A DNA stretch of 64,000 nucleotides from an uncultured Candidatus Saccharibacteria bacterium (GCA_963456275.1 CAUOLJ010000003.1:201-64200); one strand, 5' to 3'. Shown: positions 6,362-16,705, counted from the stretch's first letter. Notes: generated from the sequence alone by a model not told the origin. Numbers and translations: made by a program.

Positions 6362-8026
6362 ATGGGAATTATGCAGAATAATAATGATTCTATAAGTGTA
6401 AAATTACTATTAGATAAACTTACGGGCGGTGGTCCTGAAAGCAGTGAGGACTCGCTTAAGCCCGTACGCTATGGGTTGTACGCCCGTAAGTCTACTACAA
6501 GCGAAGATAGACAGGCTTCATCAATAGAAGACCAGATAAAGGAGTGCGTAGATAAGGTTATTACACCAAACGGCTTAAATGTCAAAAAGATATACAAGGA
6601 AAGCTTTTCTGCTAAAATTGCAGATATACGTGATGAATTTAATAAACTTATAGATGATATTGAAAACGGAAGGATAGACGGCTTGATAGCTTGGCATCCT
6701 GACCGCCTATCACGAAATATGAAAGAGGCGGGTGTTATTATCGACCTGGTGGATAGGGGCTTAATTAAGGACCTAAGATTTGCAACATTTACATTTGAAA
6801 ATAATCCGGCGGGTAAAATGCTGCTCGGCATTACGTTTGTGATGGCTAAACAATATTCTGAACATCTCTCCGAATCGGTGGACCGTGGCAATAAAAGAGC
6901 CATAGAAGACGCTGAGTTTATCGGTAAGTTCAAGCATGGCTACATACTAGACTCAAATCGTTTTTTCCAACCTGACCCGAAGAATTTTACAAAGGTTAAA
7001 CATATATTTGAATTAGCTCTAGACGGTAAATCCCAGAAAGACATTAGAGAATGGATTAATAGACAAAATTATACTGTTCAAAAGCGTGCAGGAGGTCCTT
7101 ACCAAAATCATGATTGGTCCAAAGATGATATTTCAAAGACTCTTAAAGACCCCTTTTATGCTGGTATTTTAAAATGGGGCAAGCATTACAAAAATTTATT
7201 AGAAGAGTATGATTTTCAGAGTGCAATTACTGTTGATGAATATCTAAAAATAAATAAGATTGATAGCTTAGATTCCTCTAAAGTTTATGCTATCAACAAG
7301 CCAAAAGGTGGTGAAATATTTGCGAATTTATTTCGGGGTGGAGTCGTTTGTGGGGCTTGCAATGAGCCCATGACTTCAATGGTTACAAATAAGCGGAATA
7401 AGGTAACGGGCGAAAAATACGATTATAGATATTACTATAAGTGTGAAAACGGACACTGTAATTTCAACGGAAAATCGATTCGCGCAAAAAGTATTATTGA
7501 TACGGCTGAGGCATTTTTTAATAGTTACTTATTCATTAATAAAAGTAATTATTTGGTAATAAAAGAAAGTGCTGAAAAATCTATAAAATGCAAAGGGGCT
7601 AATCTTGCTAGCGAGATAGCTAGCTTAAAACGAAAAATAGCACTTAAAAAGCAACATTATGAACAGACAAAGGCTCTCATACTAGAGAATCCAGAACTAA
7701 AGGACTATTACAATCTTGGCGAATTTCTTGATGAACAAAAGGAATTAGAACAACGTTATGAACTGGTGGCTAATCAAAAACGCTTACTAAAGGATTCGTT
7801 GATTACATTTGATGAATATCTCAAACTTTTTAAATCCCTCCCTGTTATTTTTGAAAAACTTGATGATATGAATGAGTTGAACCAACTACTAAAAATATTC
7901 TTCTCTAACTTCATAATTGAACCCATTAAAAAAGACACTTTTAAGGGGTCAAAAGTATCCTATAAACTAAATGAACCCTGGAAAGGGTTCATTGAATCAA
8001 ATGATTTCGTTTGTGGTGCGGGTTAG
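6362..8026 (+). CDS. Large serine recombinase (resolvase, recombinase and Zn-ribbon domains)
   Basis: YARKST catalytic Ser, DRLSRN, CGAC...YYKC; stop codon lies inside the tRNA 3' end. Confidence 0.95.
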   Translation: MGIMQNNNDSISVKLLLDKLTGGGPESSEDSLKPVRYGLYARKSTTSEDRQASSIEDQIKECVDKVITPNGLNVKKIYKESFSAKIADIRDEFNKLIDDIENGRIDGLIAWHPDRLSRNMKEAGVIIDLVDRGLIKDLRFATFTFENNPAGKMLLGITFVMAKQYSEHLSESVDRGNKRAIEDAEFIGKFKHGYILDSNRFFQPDPKNFTKVKHIFELALDGKSQKDIREWINRQNYTVQKRAGGPYQNHDWSKDDISKTLKDPFYAGILKWGKHYKNLLEEYDFQSAITVDEYLKINKIDSLDSSKVYAINKPKGGEIFANLFRGGVVCGACNEPMTSMVTNKRNKVTGEKYDYRYYYKCENGHCNFNGKSIRAKSIIDTAEAFFNSYLFINKSNYLVIKESAEKSIKCKGANLASEIASLKRKIALKKQHYEQTKALILENPELKDYYNLGEFLDEQKELEQRYELVANQKRLLKDSLITFDEYLKLFKSLPVIFEKLDDMNELNQLLKIFFSNFIIEPIKKDTFKGSKVSYKLNEPWKGFIESNDFVCGAG

Positions 8027-8089
8027 GAGACTCTAACTCCTGGCCTCTTCCATGGCAAGGAAGCGCTCTAACAACTGAGCTAAACCCGC
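8014..8089 (-). tRNA. tRNA-Gly(GCC)
   Basis: 76-nt cloverleaf GCGGGTTTAGCTCAG...CTTCC TTGCCAT GGAAG...CCCGCACCA. Confidence 0.95.
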
Positions 8090-8222
8090 ATAATGTTCGC
8101 TGCGTATCTCGCTGGCAAATCGTCATAATTTTGCGAACTCGCCTATGATGTGCGATACAACAGCCAATCTTTCGATTACATAGTAAGTATAGCAAACAAA
8201 ACCGCTCATTTCAATAATCTTC

Positions 8223-9014
8223 TCACCAATTTCTCTTCGTATGATCTGGCGTGGCGTCTTTGTAATCTTCTAGGTGCTGGTTTCTTTCCTGGGATTTACG
8301 CTGTTCATTGTAGGCGTCGATGAATCGCTTGTCCAGCTCTTTGAGTTTGCTATCGGTGCTGCCAGTGTCAACTTTTTCTTTATCGTCAGGTTTGGTGACT
8401 GAAATATCTTGGTCGCCGTTTCTGAGCTGTTTTATCTGCGCCAACTTTTGTCGGATTCGCTGCTCAATAACGATTGCCGTTTTGCCGTCGTCATTGTTCG
8501 CGTCGACTGTTTGGCTGGCAAATTGCACGCCGCAACTATCCTCGCCGTCGTGCAGTACGGCGTTTGCTTCGTCGTAGCGGATGATTGCTCGGTCGTAGCG
8601 TTTTTCGCTGGCGAGGGCGTCTGCTTGCGCTTCAATTGATAGCGCCAAGTTGATGCGGACAGGGCATTCGTGAGTTTTCGGCGCTTTTTGTAAGGCTTGG
8701 CGGAATTGTTTTTCTGCCGAGTCGTAGCGGGCTTGCTTATATAGAGCATTCCCGTCGTTAAAAAATACTTTATAAGATTCAAACAAATTCACGGCATAAA
8801 CTGGCGATAAGCGGAAAGAAGCCTGGCTGTTGTCGCCGTCTTTATAGGCGGTATGCGCTGCTAGCGACAGCAGAGGAAAACTCGTCAATTTAATAGCAAT
8901 CAGCAGAATCACCGCGCAAGCAGGGAATGAATAACGGAGCAGTTTCCGGCGTTTTTCTCGGCGGATTTTTTCAAAATCTAGTTTTTTCAGGTCAAATGGA
9001 CGATTCTTGTTCAC
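8223..9014 (-). CDS. TPR-containing membrane protein (Bat-like operon)
   Basis: TM segment, FNDGNALY..A...F..AL TPR pattern. Confidence 0.7.
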   Translation of the reverse strand: MNKNRPFDLKKLDFEKIRREKRRKLLRYSFPACAVILLIAIKLTSFPLLSLAAHTAYKDGDNSQASFRLSPVYAVNLFESYKVFFNDGNALYKQARYDSAEKQFRQALQKAPKTHECPVRINLALSIEAQADALASEKRYDRAIIRYDEANAVLHDGEDSCGVQFASQTVDANNDDGKTAIVIEQRIRQKLAQIKQLRNGDQDISVTKPDDKEKVDTGSTDSKLKELDKRFIDAYNEQRKSQERNQHLEDYKDATPDHTKRNW

Positions 9015-10024
9015 GGCTGTTTCTCCTCTGGCGGTGTTATGTTTTGCAGTTTGCGCAAAGGCAAATAGACGGTTCTGATTTCAAAGGCCAGCAGAATAGC
9101 AGCCGCAAATATTGCTATCCAATATATATCGTTGTAGCCGTCGAACGAGCGGCTGCTATTGACAGCTTTGTCGACGGAACCGTTCTTGACGACAGTTTCA
9201 ATAGAATCTGGAGTTTGCCGGTGTGTGTACGGCAGTCCTGTTTGACTGGCAATGTTTTTAAGGTTTGTCTCGTCGATTTTTGATACGGCATATTTCAAAT
9301 CTGGCCCGCGCAAATAAAAACCGTCAAAGCCGTCGCTGTAACTTGGCGTTTTTATTTTTCCGCCGTCGGTAGTGCCGTAACCCATGATTGCGCCGCCGCC
9401 CAGCAGGGGCTTTAAGCTGGCGAATGACTTTGGCGAGGCGTCGCTGGTTTGTTCGCCGTCGCCCAGGTAAAATAGCAGCGAGGTGCGCTCGGGATTTTTA
9501 TGCTTGGTGCGAGTAATCTCCGAGGCGATGGTGTCAATCGGTGTATCAATTGAGCTGCCCATGGCATAGCTTTCGCTGATGATATTTACCGTGTCAACTG
9601 CCGATTCAAACATCCTGACGTCTGTCGATAACGGCGAATCAACGAAAGCTTTATTGTTGAAAGTTATTAGGCTAAATCGCGCGCCAACCAGCTTTTTGGC
9701 AATTTCTTTGGCGTCGCGGCGCATGCCGTTGATTCGCGGCTGGCCGTTATCATAATCCTCGGCAGCAGAACTCATCGTTGTGTCCATGACAACATAAACA
9801 TCGACTAGCGGCGCGCCCCATTCTTTCACTTCGCCAGGAATAGCTGGGCGAAAACAAGCGGTAATGATAAGCAAGACAATACAGAACCGCCGCAGCCACG
9901 CTCGCCGGTTAGATATTGGTTTGGATAAAATCCTCCAGCCGGTAAAAATTGCAGCAACTACCAGAATTATCAGCAGCAGATACCATGGCAAAATCGGTTG
10001 CATTATCATATGCGAAGCCTCCAA
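9011..10024 (-). CDS. VWA-domain membrane protein
   Basis: DTTMSS MIDAS-like motif, GDGE. Confidence 0.85.
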   Translation of the reverse strand: MEASHMIMQPILPWYLLLIILVVAAIFTGWRILSKPISNRRAWLRRFCIVLLIITACFRPAIPGEVKEWGAPLVDVYVVMDTTMSSAAEDYDNGQPRINGMRRDAKEIAKKLVGARFSLITFNNKAFVDSPLSTDVRMFESAVDTVNIISESYAMGSSIDTPIDTIASEITRTKHKNPERTSLLFYLGDGEQTSDASPKSFASLKPLLGGGAIMGYGTTDGGKIKTPSYSDGFDGFYLRGPDLKYAVSKIDETNLKNIASQTGLPYTHRQTPDSIETVVKNGSVDKAVNSSRSFDGYNDIYWIAIFAAAILLAFEIRTVYLPLRKLQNITPPEEKQP

Positions 10025-11016
10025 TCAATAATAATGAGGGAAATTATGATGATAAGCATGCCGTACAGTAATAATTGTGGCTGATCAGTGCGAGTAACGC
10101 GCGGCGTGCCTTTGAAGCGGGAGGCGTCTTGGGCGGTAATTTTTTGGACAATGTTTGGAATTGTGTTTTTGTCGTGCAGTGCGTAGTAATCGCCGCTCGT
10201 CGCCAGCATGGTTCGCTTCAATTCTGCCGCTTCGGCTTCGCGATTTTTATTACTATTCGGGTAAATGCCGTATACGCGGATATCTTTTTGTTTGGCTAAC
10301 TCTGCCGCTTCGGGTAGGGAAATTATCGGCGTGCCAGCTAGTTGATTGTCGGTTCCTAAAATGATACTTCGGGAGCGTTTGTTGTCCAATTTATCGAAGC
10401 GGCCGATGCAACTTGCTAGCCCGTCGCCGATCAGCGATGAGCCTTGCCCATTCGAGACTACCGTACCAGATAAAATATCGAAATATTCCAGCGTTCCGGG
10501 TGGCGTCAGCGCTTTTTCGATTAGCGCTAATTTGCTGTCAATGAGGCTGGCGTCGTCTGTCAAAGGAAATATCACTGCCGGCGAGCGGTCAAACAATACT
10601 AAACCGAGTCGTTCGCCGTCAAATTTTCGTGCCAATGTGCGGTAAGTTTTAATAATCTCTACATCATATTCATACATCGACCGCGATACGTCAAGGCACA
10701 GCACAATGTCGCGATTTTTCACCTCGGGAGAAACGACGGCTACCGACGAAGGGCGGCCAGTGAGAATAATCATCATGACTAGCAGGAGCGCGTGCAGTCC
10801 CAGTACAACCGCCAATAGTTTTTTGTACCGCTTGACCTGCTGAATATAGAGCGGGAAAGCGCGCAGCCGCGAGGTATTAGCGATAGGGAGTTTTTGCCTA
10901 GGCGCGTCATGGCGTTTCAATCGGCTGTATCGGCGGAGTATAATCGGCGCGGCAAACCACAGCAGGGCGATAATTATAATTAACGCCAGCGACAATTGCC
11001 AAAAAACTAATTCCAT
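10006..11016 (-). CDS. VWA-domain membrane protein (BatA-like)
   Basis: DIVLCLDVSRSM MIDAS, IGDGL, TDN. Confidence 0.88.
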   Translation of the reverse strand: MELVFWQLSLALIIIIALLWFAAPIILRRYSRLKRHDAPRQKLPIANTSRLRAFPLYIQQVKRYKKLLAVVLGLHALLLVMMIILTGRPSSVAVVSPEVKNRDIVLCLDVSRSMYEYDVEIIKTYRTLARKFDGERLGLVLFDRSPAVIFPLTDDASLIDSKLALIEKALTPPGTLEYFDILSGTVVSNGQGSSLIGDGLASCIGRFDKLDNKRSRSIILGTDNQLAGTPIISLPEAAELAKQKDIRVYGIYPNSNKNREAEAAELKRTMLATSGDYYALHDKNTIPNIVQKITAQDASRFKGTPRVTRTDQPQLLLYGMLIIIISLIIIDWRLRI

Positions 11017-11486
11017 GTCGCTACCGTCTTTCTGGCTAGTGCCGCTGCCTCGGCAACGCTGCCTTGTTCGACCGCGGTAAATTCAGGAATATAGAATTGT
11101 TTGATGGCGGCCGCCAATGTTTTATAGCGAGTCTTTTCTAGATCTCGCAGCGTCAACGTGTCAACGCGGTGGCCGTTTATCTCGACAACGAACATGCGAA
11201 GAATATGGCTTAATTTCTGGTGGGCTTTACGCGAGGATAATTTTCCGGCAGTGTGATTTTGCTCGATTTCATCGATTAACTGCTGGTATTTCTGTTTCAA
11301 ATCAGTCAAATCTGGCGGCGTGTATGGTTTTGGTTTGAGCGTAGCCAGGCTGCGGTGAGAGCGGCGGCGAGTAGAGTAAAACACAAATCCGTACCATAAA
11401 ATAATCGCGCTTAAAAGCAAGCAGCCGATAACCAGCCACAGCGGGTCATAATCTACCCATTCGCGAAGCTCAGTGCCAGCGCGCAT
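11007..11486 (-). CDS. Membrane protein of the MoxR/VWA operon
   Basis: One TM helix; overlaps neighbours. Confidence 0.7.
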   Translation of the reverse strand: MRAGTELREWVDYDPLWLVIGCLLLSAIILWYGFVFYSTRRRSHRSLATLKPKPYTPPDLTDLKQKYQQLIDEIEQNHTAGKLSSRKAHQKLSHILRMFVVEINGHRVDTLTLRDLEKTRYKTLAAAIKQFYIPEFTAVEQGSVAEAAALARKTVATWN

Positions 11487-12351
11487 GCTTTTGCCTTTCT
11501 AATAGTGAAAAGAAACTGCCGACGACGTCCTCTTCTCCGGAAATTCGCTCGCTGATGACGCCCAAACGCTCCAGGGCAGTGGAATATTCGCGGTAGTACG
11601 ATTGCTGTCTGCGGTCGAAATCGTCTTGCAGGCGCGTTTGTTTGCGAATAAAATAAGGCAGCTCGGCCAAATCGTCAATATCGTAAAAATCGCGGTTTTC
11701 GTCAAGTCCTGAAATATCATTGATTGTGATCCATAATATCTCGTGCTGGGCGCGCAGCCGCCGGATAATATGCTGGTGCTCGCTGGTCAGTTCATCGTCA
11801 TTGGCAACCACCACCAGCATCATCTTGCGCCGTAAATTGCGTGCAATATATTCAAGCTGATTAACAATATTACTCGGCGCTGCTGCTAGTTGAGTGCTCT
11901 TTTCAATGTGCCGCAGTAGCTGCTCGATATGCCGATCATCGCCTTTGAAAGGAATATAGGTGTTATTCTTGGCGTCGCCAGACACCAGTCCGATCAAATC
12001 GCCGTGCCGTAATACGATGTAGCCCAAGACCCCGGCAGCCATGATACTGATGTCGCGCTTATTGCTGCCAGTTTTACCGGTCGCTGCCATGTGGCGGCCA
12101 GTGTCGACTACTAGTAAAATATTATGTTTGCGGATTGCTTGGTAGCGCCGGATTCGAATACCGCTGCTGCGAGCAGTCGCTTTCCAGTCGATATCTTTTA
12201 CATCGTCGCCAGGAATGTATTCGCGCAAGTCGTCAAAATCAAGGCTGCGACCCTTAAATACCGAGCCGTATTGACCGTCCAGCAAACTCCGCACCTTTTC
12301 ATGGGCGTAGAGATCCATCTTGGCTTTGACTTTGGCGAAGAGACTTGGCAT
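11470..12351 (-). CDS. DUF58-family protein
   Basis: GRSLDFDDLREYIPGDDVKDIDWKATAR; start placed at MPSLF. Confidence 0.9.
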   Translation of the reverse strand: MPSLFAKVKAKMDLYAHEKVRSLLDGQYGSVFKGRSLDFDDLREYIPGDDVKDIDWKATARSSGIRIRRYQAIRKHNILLVVDTGRHMAATGKTGSNKRDISIMAAGVLGYIVLRHGDLIGLVSGDAKNNTYIPFKGDDRHIEQLLRHIEKSTQLAAAPSNIVNQLEYIARNLRRKMMLVVVANDDELTSEHQHIIRRLRAQHEILWITINDISGLDENRDFYDIDDLAELPYFIRKQTRLQDDFDRRQQSYYREYSTALERLGVISERISGEEDVVGSFFSLLERQKHARWH

Positions 12352-12352
12352 A

Positions 12353-13552
12353 TTACGGCACAGGAACAGCGTTAAATATCGAATCAATGATAACTTCCGG
12401 ATGAACTTGGTCGGCGATGGCTTCAAAATTGAGGATAATGCGGTGGCGCAATACGCTGTGGCGCAATTGTTTGACATCCTCTGGAATAACATAGTTGCGG
12501 CCGTTGATTAGCGCCAGGGCTTTGGCGACTTGTTGGAAAGCGATGCTGGCGCGCGGGCTGGCGCCGTATTGGACGTAGCGCGCCGTTTCGCTTGGTATGA
12601 TTGAGGCTGGATTGCGCGTTGCCGAGACAATTTTCACAATATAATTCTTAATGGCGTCGTCAATGTATACTTTTTGCGCCAAGTTTTGCAGCGTCTCGAC
12701 TGCCGCCAGCTCGATATTTGGCGTATTGCTATTATTTGGCGCCTCGCTTAACTTGCCCGATTCTATGCGTTTCAAAATCTCTAGTTCCTCGTCTGGAGCA
12801 GGGTAGGACAAAACTTCTTTCAACAAAAAGCGATCTAGCTGTGCCTCTGGCAGCTCGTATGTTCCTTCCTGTTCAATCGGGTTCTGAGTGGCCAGCACGA
12901 TGAAGGGTTTCGGTAAATCATAGCGTTGTCCGCCGATGCTGGTCTGCTTTTCCTGCATCGCCTCCAGCATGGCGCTTTGGGTTTTGGCGCTGGAACGGTT
13001 AATTTCGTCCAGTAGTACGAAATTGGCATGAACCGGACCGAGCTCGGTGCGAAATTCGCCTTTGTTATAATCGTAAATCTGCGTACCGATGATGTCGCTT
13101 GGCAGCAAGTCCGGCGTGCATTGAATACGTTTGAAAGAGCCTTGCACGCTGGCGGCTAGCGTCTGCACAGCTGTCGTTTTGGCAAGACCTGGCACGCTTT
13201 CTAGCAGAATATGTCCGCCAGTCATCAAGCTAACCATCAACGCCGTTCGCAAGTTTTCTTGTCCGACCACTCGCGACGAGAAAGCGTCGAAAACAGTCTG
13301 GATATTTTGGTCAGCTGCGGCCAACTCGTCGTCGCTAATCGGCGCAGACGCAGGTTGAAATTGCGTCGCTGGCTGTGCGGCAGTCTGGGATTGTGCTGCT
13401 AGTGTGGTTGCAGGCTGGGATTGTGCTGCCGGCTCGGTTGCCAGTTGAAATTGCGCTTCTGGCATAGCTACGGACGCACCATTGTCTGCCGGAGAATACG
13501 ACTGAGCTGGCGCTGGTTCTTGGTCTGCTGATATAAACGGATTTGGATTCAT
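12353..13552 (-). CDS. moxR: MoxR-family AAA+ ATPase
   Basis: HILLESVPGLAKT, RIQCTPDLLPSD, LLDEINR, ATQNPIEQEGTY. Confidence 0.93.
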   Translation of the reverse strand: MNPNPFISADQEPAPAQSYSPADNGASVAMPEAQFQLATEPAAQSQPATTLAAQSQTAAQPATQFQPASAPISDDELAAADQNIQTVFDAFSSRVVGQENLRTALMVSLMTGGHILLESVPGLAKTTAVQTLAASVQGSFKRIQCTPDLLPSDIIGTQIYDYNKGEFRTELGPVHANFVLLDEINRSSAKTQSAMLEAMQEKQTSIGGQRYDLPKPFIVLATQNPIEQEGTYELPEAQLDRFLLKEVLSYPAPDEELEILKRIESGKLSEAPNNSNTPNIELAAVETLQNLAQKVYIDDAIKNYIVKIVSATRNPASIIPSETARYVQYGASPRASIAFQQVAKALALINGRNYVIPEDVKQLRHSVLRHRIILNFEAIADQVHPEVIIDSIFNAVPVP

Positions 13553-13567
13553 AATAATTATTCCTTT

Positions 13568-14221
13568 CTATGTCCAATATTGCGAAATATTCGTTACCAA
13601 CGAGCGGCACTCTTCCGGCGTGTAGCTATCCTTTTGTTCAAAATAATGCTCCGCCGGAAACATATGAGTCATGACGTCCAGGGCGACGTCTTTGTCTGTT
13701 TGTAGGTGAAAATAATCTGCCGCCGTACTATCGACATTACCGCCCAGCCCGTATAAGGCTCTGTAGCGCACACTCTTCAAGTATTCCAGAGCCATCGCAA
13801 TTTCTATCCGGTCTTCGACGATGTCGCCAGTCAGCAGCAACACTCTACCATTAAGGCCATCCTTAGAAAATGTCCCGTATTGATCGAGAATGCGATTCAG
13901 CTCAGAAAAGGCCTGGCGCTTCATGTCTTCCAATACCGAGCGGGATTCTAGTTCAATGCCGTCGCGCTGCGGTTTTTCCAGATCAGGGTTCCACGTAAAC
14001 ATACCCGCCGGGTCGATTAGCCCGACCACCCGCGGATCGCCAGGGATAATGATTCGCTTGCTGAGCAAAGGAAACACCCAAGCGTTAATCTCGCTCGCCA
14101 AACCAATGCAAGCTGTCAGCGCATCTTCTTTCAGCGCGATAACGACCGCTTCCTGACCCTTCAAATCGCTCACGCGCCCCGCCAAAGTCCGCCCCAGCTC
14201 AATCCTATTGATATAGTACAT
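13568..14221 (-). CDS. Phosphoribosyltransferase-like protein (divergent)
   Basis: NRIELGRTLA N-terminus, GRVLLLTGD PRT-like strand. Confidence 0.55.
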   Translation of the reverse strand: MYYINRIELGRTLAGRVSDLKGQEAVVIALKEDALTACIGLASEINAWVFPLLSKRIIIPGDPRVVGLIDPAGMFTWNPDLEKPQRDGIELESRSVLEDMKRQAFSELNRILDQYGTFSKDGLNGRVLLLTGDIVEDRIEIAMALEYLKSVRYRALYGLGGNVDSTAADYFHLQTDKDVALDVMTHMFPAEHYFEQKDSYTPEECRSLVTNISQYWT

Positions 14222-14438
14222 ACTGGTTATGATTATGCCTGAAAGCGCGGGAGAATGCAATTGCGGCGGATACTCGTCTGTTTCAGATTGCAGTAAACTA
14301 GCCTATATTCATTAAGTGTATGATTTTAATCTCGCCGCTCTACCTGTACCATACATTGTGCCAAGCGTCAATGAGATGTTACAGTAGCCTAGTGGCTTGA
14401 CTGGAAATCATGTATAATAATGTCTGAAGTGAATTATC

Positions 14439-15641
14439 ATGCAAAAAAACGAAAAAATCCTCAAACGGCAATCGACTAAAATCTTCTTTGATAATGACGA
14501 TACCGATTTCTTTTTCAACTGGATGCTCGGTGTGGCGGAGCTGTTCGGGATGTCGCATGGTGAGTTGTTTTATCTGGCACATAAGATCGGGCGCGACGGA
14601 AAACCGAGTAAGTGGCGATCCTGTTTTACGGACCATGCTGATTATCTTGTTCGCTCGGCGAAAGCAGCCACCGGTGAACAAATGGCTGTCGACTGCTATT
14701 TTGGCGCAACCTATGCCTATCGGGCAGTACTGCAGTTCGCTGATCCGTTTTCTCCGGAATATCCGAAGCTTGTCGGCGCTATGGAAGACGCTTTTGCTGG
14801 TGCCGCTAAGGCGATAGATATACCGATCAAATCCGTGCGCGTTCCGTATCAAACCGGCTATTTACCCGGCTACTATCTTCACTGCGACAGCAAGCGTCCG
14901 ACCGTGGTCATGGTCGGCGGCGGTGATACGTACCGGGAGGATTTGTTTTATTTTGCTGGCTGGCCGGGGTGGCGGCGGAACTATAATGTGCTGATGGTTG
15001 ATTTACCCGGTCAAGGCTCTAATCCCACCAGAGGTCTCACTTTCACTGTTGACGCCGGCGAACCGATTGCTGCGTGCCTCGACTGGCTGCAAACCGAAAA
15101 TCCCGACGCGCGTCACATTGCGCTATACGGTGTTAGCGGTGGCGGGTATTTTACTGCTCAAGCGGCGGCAAAAGACATAAGGATTAGCGCGTGGATTGCC
15201 AGTACGCCTATTTTTGACGTGGCAGAACTGTTCCGTCGTGAGTTCGGCGCAGCGCTCAAAGCGCCCGGCTGGCTGATGAATCTTGCTTTAAAATTAGCAG
15301 GGAACATCAATGAAGTCGCCGATATCAATTTGAAAAAATACGCTTGGCAGTTCGGCACGAGCGACTTCCGTTCGGCGATCAATGAAGTTTTCGAACAGGC
15401 AAAGGTTGTCGATCACCAAGCTATCACCTGTCCGTCGCTGTTTCTCATGGGGGAGAGCGAAGGTGCTGAACTCCGGCGGCAAACGCGATATCTCCACGAC
15501 GAATTTATCCGGCGCGGACTTGATACGACGCTGCATGAGTTCGATTCGCAAAGCGGTGCTGACGCTCATTGTCAGCTGAATAATCTACGTTTGGCGCATA
15601 GCGTGGTTTTTGATTGGCTGGACAGTCAGCTGGTTGATTGA
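14439..15641 (+). CDS. Alpha/beta hydrolase (FrsA/S9-like esterase)
   Basis: GGGD, DLPGQG, GVSGG nucleophile, GADAHCQ. Confidence 0.85.
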   Translation: MQKNEKILKRQSTKIFFDNDDTDFFFNWMLGVAELFGMSHGELFYLAHKIGRDGKPSKWRSCFTDHADYLVRSAKAATGEQMAVDCYFGATYAYRAVLQFADPFSPEYPKLVGAMEDAFAGAAKAIDIPIKSVRVPYQTGYLPGYYLHCDSKRPTVVMVGGGDTYREDLFYFAGWPGWRRNYNVLMVDLPGQGSNPTRGLTFTVDAGEPIAACLDWLQTENPDARHIALYGVSGGGYFTAQAAAKDIRISAWIASTPIFDVAELFRREFGAALKAPGWLMNLALKLAGNINEVADINLKKYAWQFGTSDFRSAINEVFEQAKVVDHQAITCPSLFLMGESEGAELRRQTRYLHDEFIRRGLDTTLHEFDSQSGADAHCQLNNLRLAHSVVFDWLDSQLVD

Positions 15642-15703
15642 CAAGGTTTTCGGACTGAAGAGTTGCGCTGAGGAATCCAGCAGTTTATTTGTAAAGATTG
15701 GTG

Positions 15704-15952
15704 CTAATCCCGCCGTTCTACCGCGATCGTGCATTGCGCCATCAATGCCACTGCTGCGCCGAGTGCTGCGAGTGTTGGTAGTAATAATGCGCCTACCACA
15801 CCAGCAGTGACTGGGAATTCCATGATATTTTCGCCTTTTTCGTTCTTGATGATAACGCGGCGGACGTTGCCTTCTTTGATAAGTTGCTTGACCTTCTCGA
15901 CAACTTGATCGCCGTTAACACTAAATTCTTCGGTACGGTTTTGTTCGCTCAT
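15704..15952 (-). CDS. DUF4342-family protein
   Basis: VKQLIKEGNVRRVIIK...EFPVTAG. Confidence 0.85.
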   Translation of the reverse strand: MSEQNRTEEFSVNGDQVVEKVKQLIKEGNVRRVIIKNEKGENIMEFPVTAGVVGALLLPTLAALGAAVALMAQCTIAVERRD

Positions 15953-15961
15953 GGTTATTCC

Positions 15962-16705
15962 TTACTTTTTATTCCCGCGAATCGCGTCAATCAGTTCAAT
16001 TGGGAAGAGCATCATCGTCTTTTGTGATGGTTCGGTCGAGATGCGCTCCAGTGTGTTCAGGGTGCGCAGGTTAATCGCGCCTTGGGTTTTCGCCAGGATC
16101 TCCGCCGCCTGCGCCAGCGTTTCAGCGGCAGCTTTTTCGCCGTCGGCGTTGATGATGTTAGCGCGGCGTTCGCGCTCGGCTTCGGCTTGCTTGGCCATGG
16201 CGCGCTTCATGTCGCCCGGCAGTTCAATGTTCTGGATTTTGACATTCTCAACATCGATACCCCATTTGTCGGTTTCGGCATCGACAATTTCCTTGATTTG
16301 CTGCGAGATCTCCTCGCGCTTGGCGAGCAGGTCGTCCATATCGACATTACCAGTTACGTCGCGCAGGGCAGCCTGGGCAAATTGGCTGGTGGCATAAATG
16401 TAGTTGGTCGTCTCCAGTACCGCTTTTGGGGCGTTAATTACTCGGAAATAAACTACCGCGTCAACGCCGACAGTGACGTTGTCTTTGGTGATGACTTCTT
16501 GTTTCGGTACGTCAATCGGTGTTGAGCGCACATCGACCATCATCATCGTTTGAAAAATCGGTATCACTACGCGCAAACCCGGCTCGCGCACGCCAGTAAA
16601 TTTACCGAGCGTCAGCACCACGCCGCGCTGATATTGATTGACTACTTTTATGCCGCTCAGTACATAAATAGCCAAGATGACTAAAATTACTATTGCTATT
16701 TCCAT
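15962..16705 (-). CDS. SPFH/stomatin-family protein
   Basis: QEVITKDNV, RAMAKQAEAERERRA; AGGAGG SD before MEIAI. Confidence 0.92.
   Translation of the reverse strand: MEIAIVILVILAIYVLSGIKVVNQYQRGVVLTLGKFTGVREPGLRVVIPIFQTMMMVDVRSTPIDVPKQEVITKDNVTVGVDAVVYFRVINAPKAVLETTNYIYATSQFAQAALRDVTGNVDMDDLLAKREEISQQIKEIVDAETDKWGIDVENVKIQNIELPGDMKRAMAKQAEAERERRANIINADGEKAAAETLAQAAEILAKTQGAINLRTLNTLERISTEPSQKTMMLFPIELIDAIRGNKK

Larger units (their letters stand above)
5389..8021. mobile_element. Putative minimal integrative element (about 2.6 kb) inserted at the tRNA-Gly 3' end
   Basis: Direct repeat TGGTGCGG at 5389-5396 and 8014-8021 (tRNA CCA end); encloses a large serine recombinase. Confidence 0.6.

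Noticed and set aside
13360..13530. Repeats in the moxR 5' region
   Set aside because: They encode an A/Q/P-rich linker.
8223..13552. MoxR-VWA operon as a novel system
   Set aside because: Well-known MoxR/DUF58/VWA/TPR arrangement.
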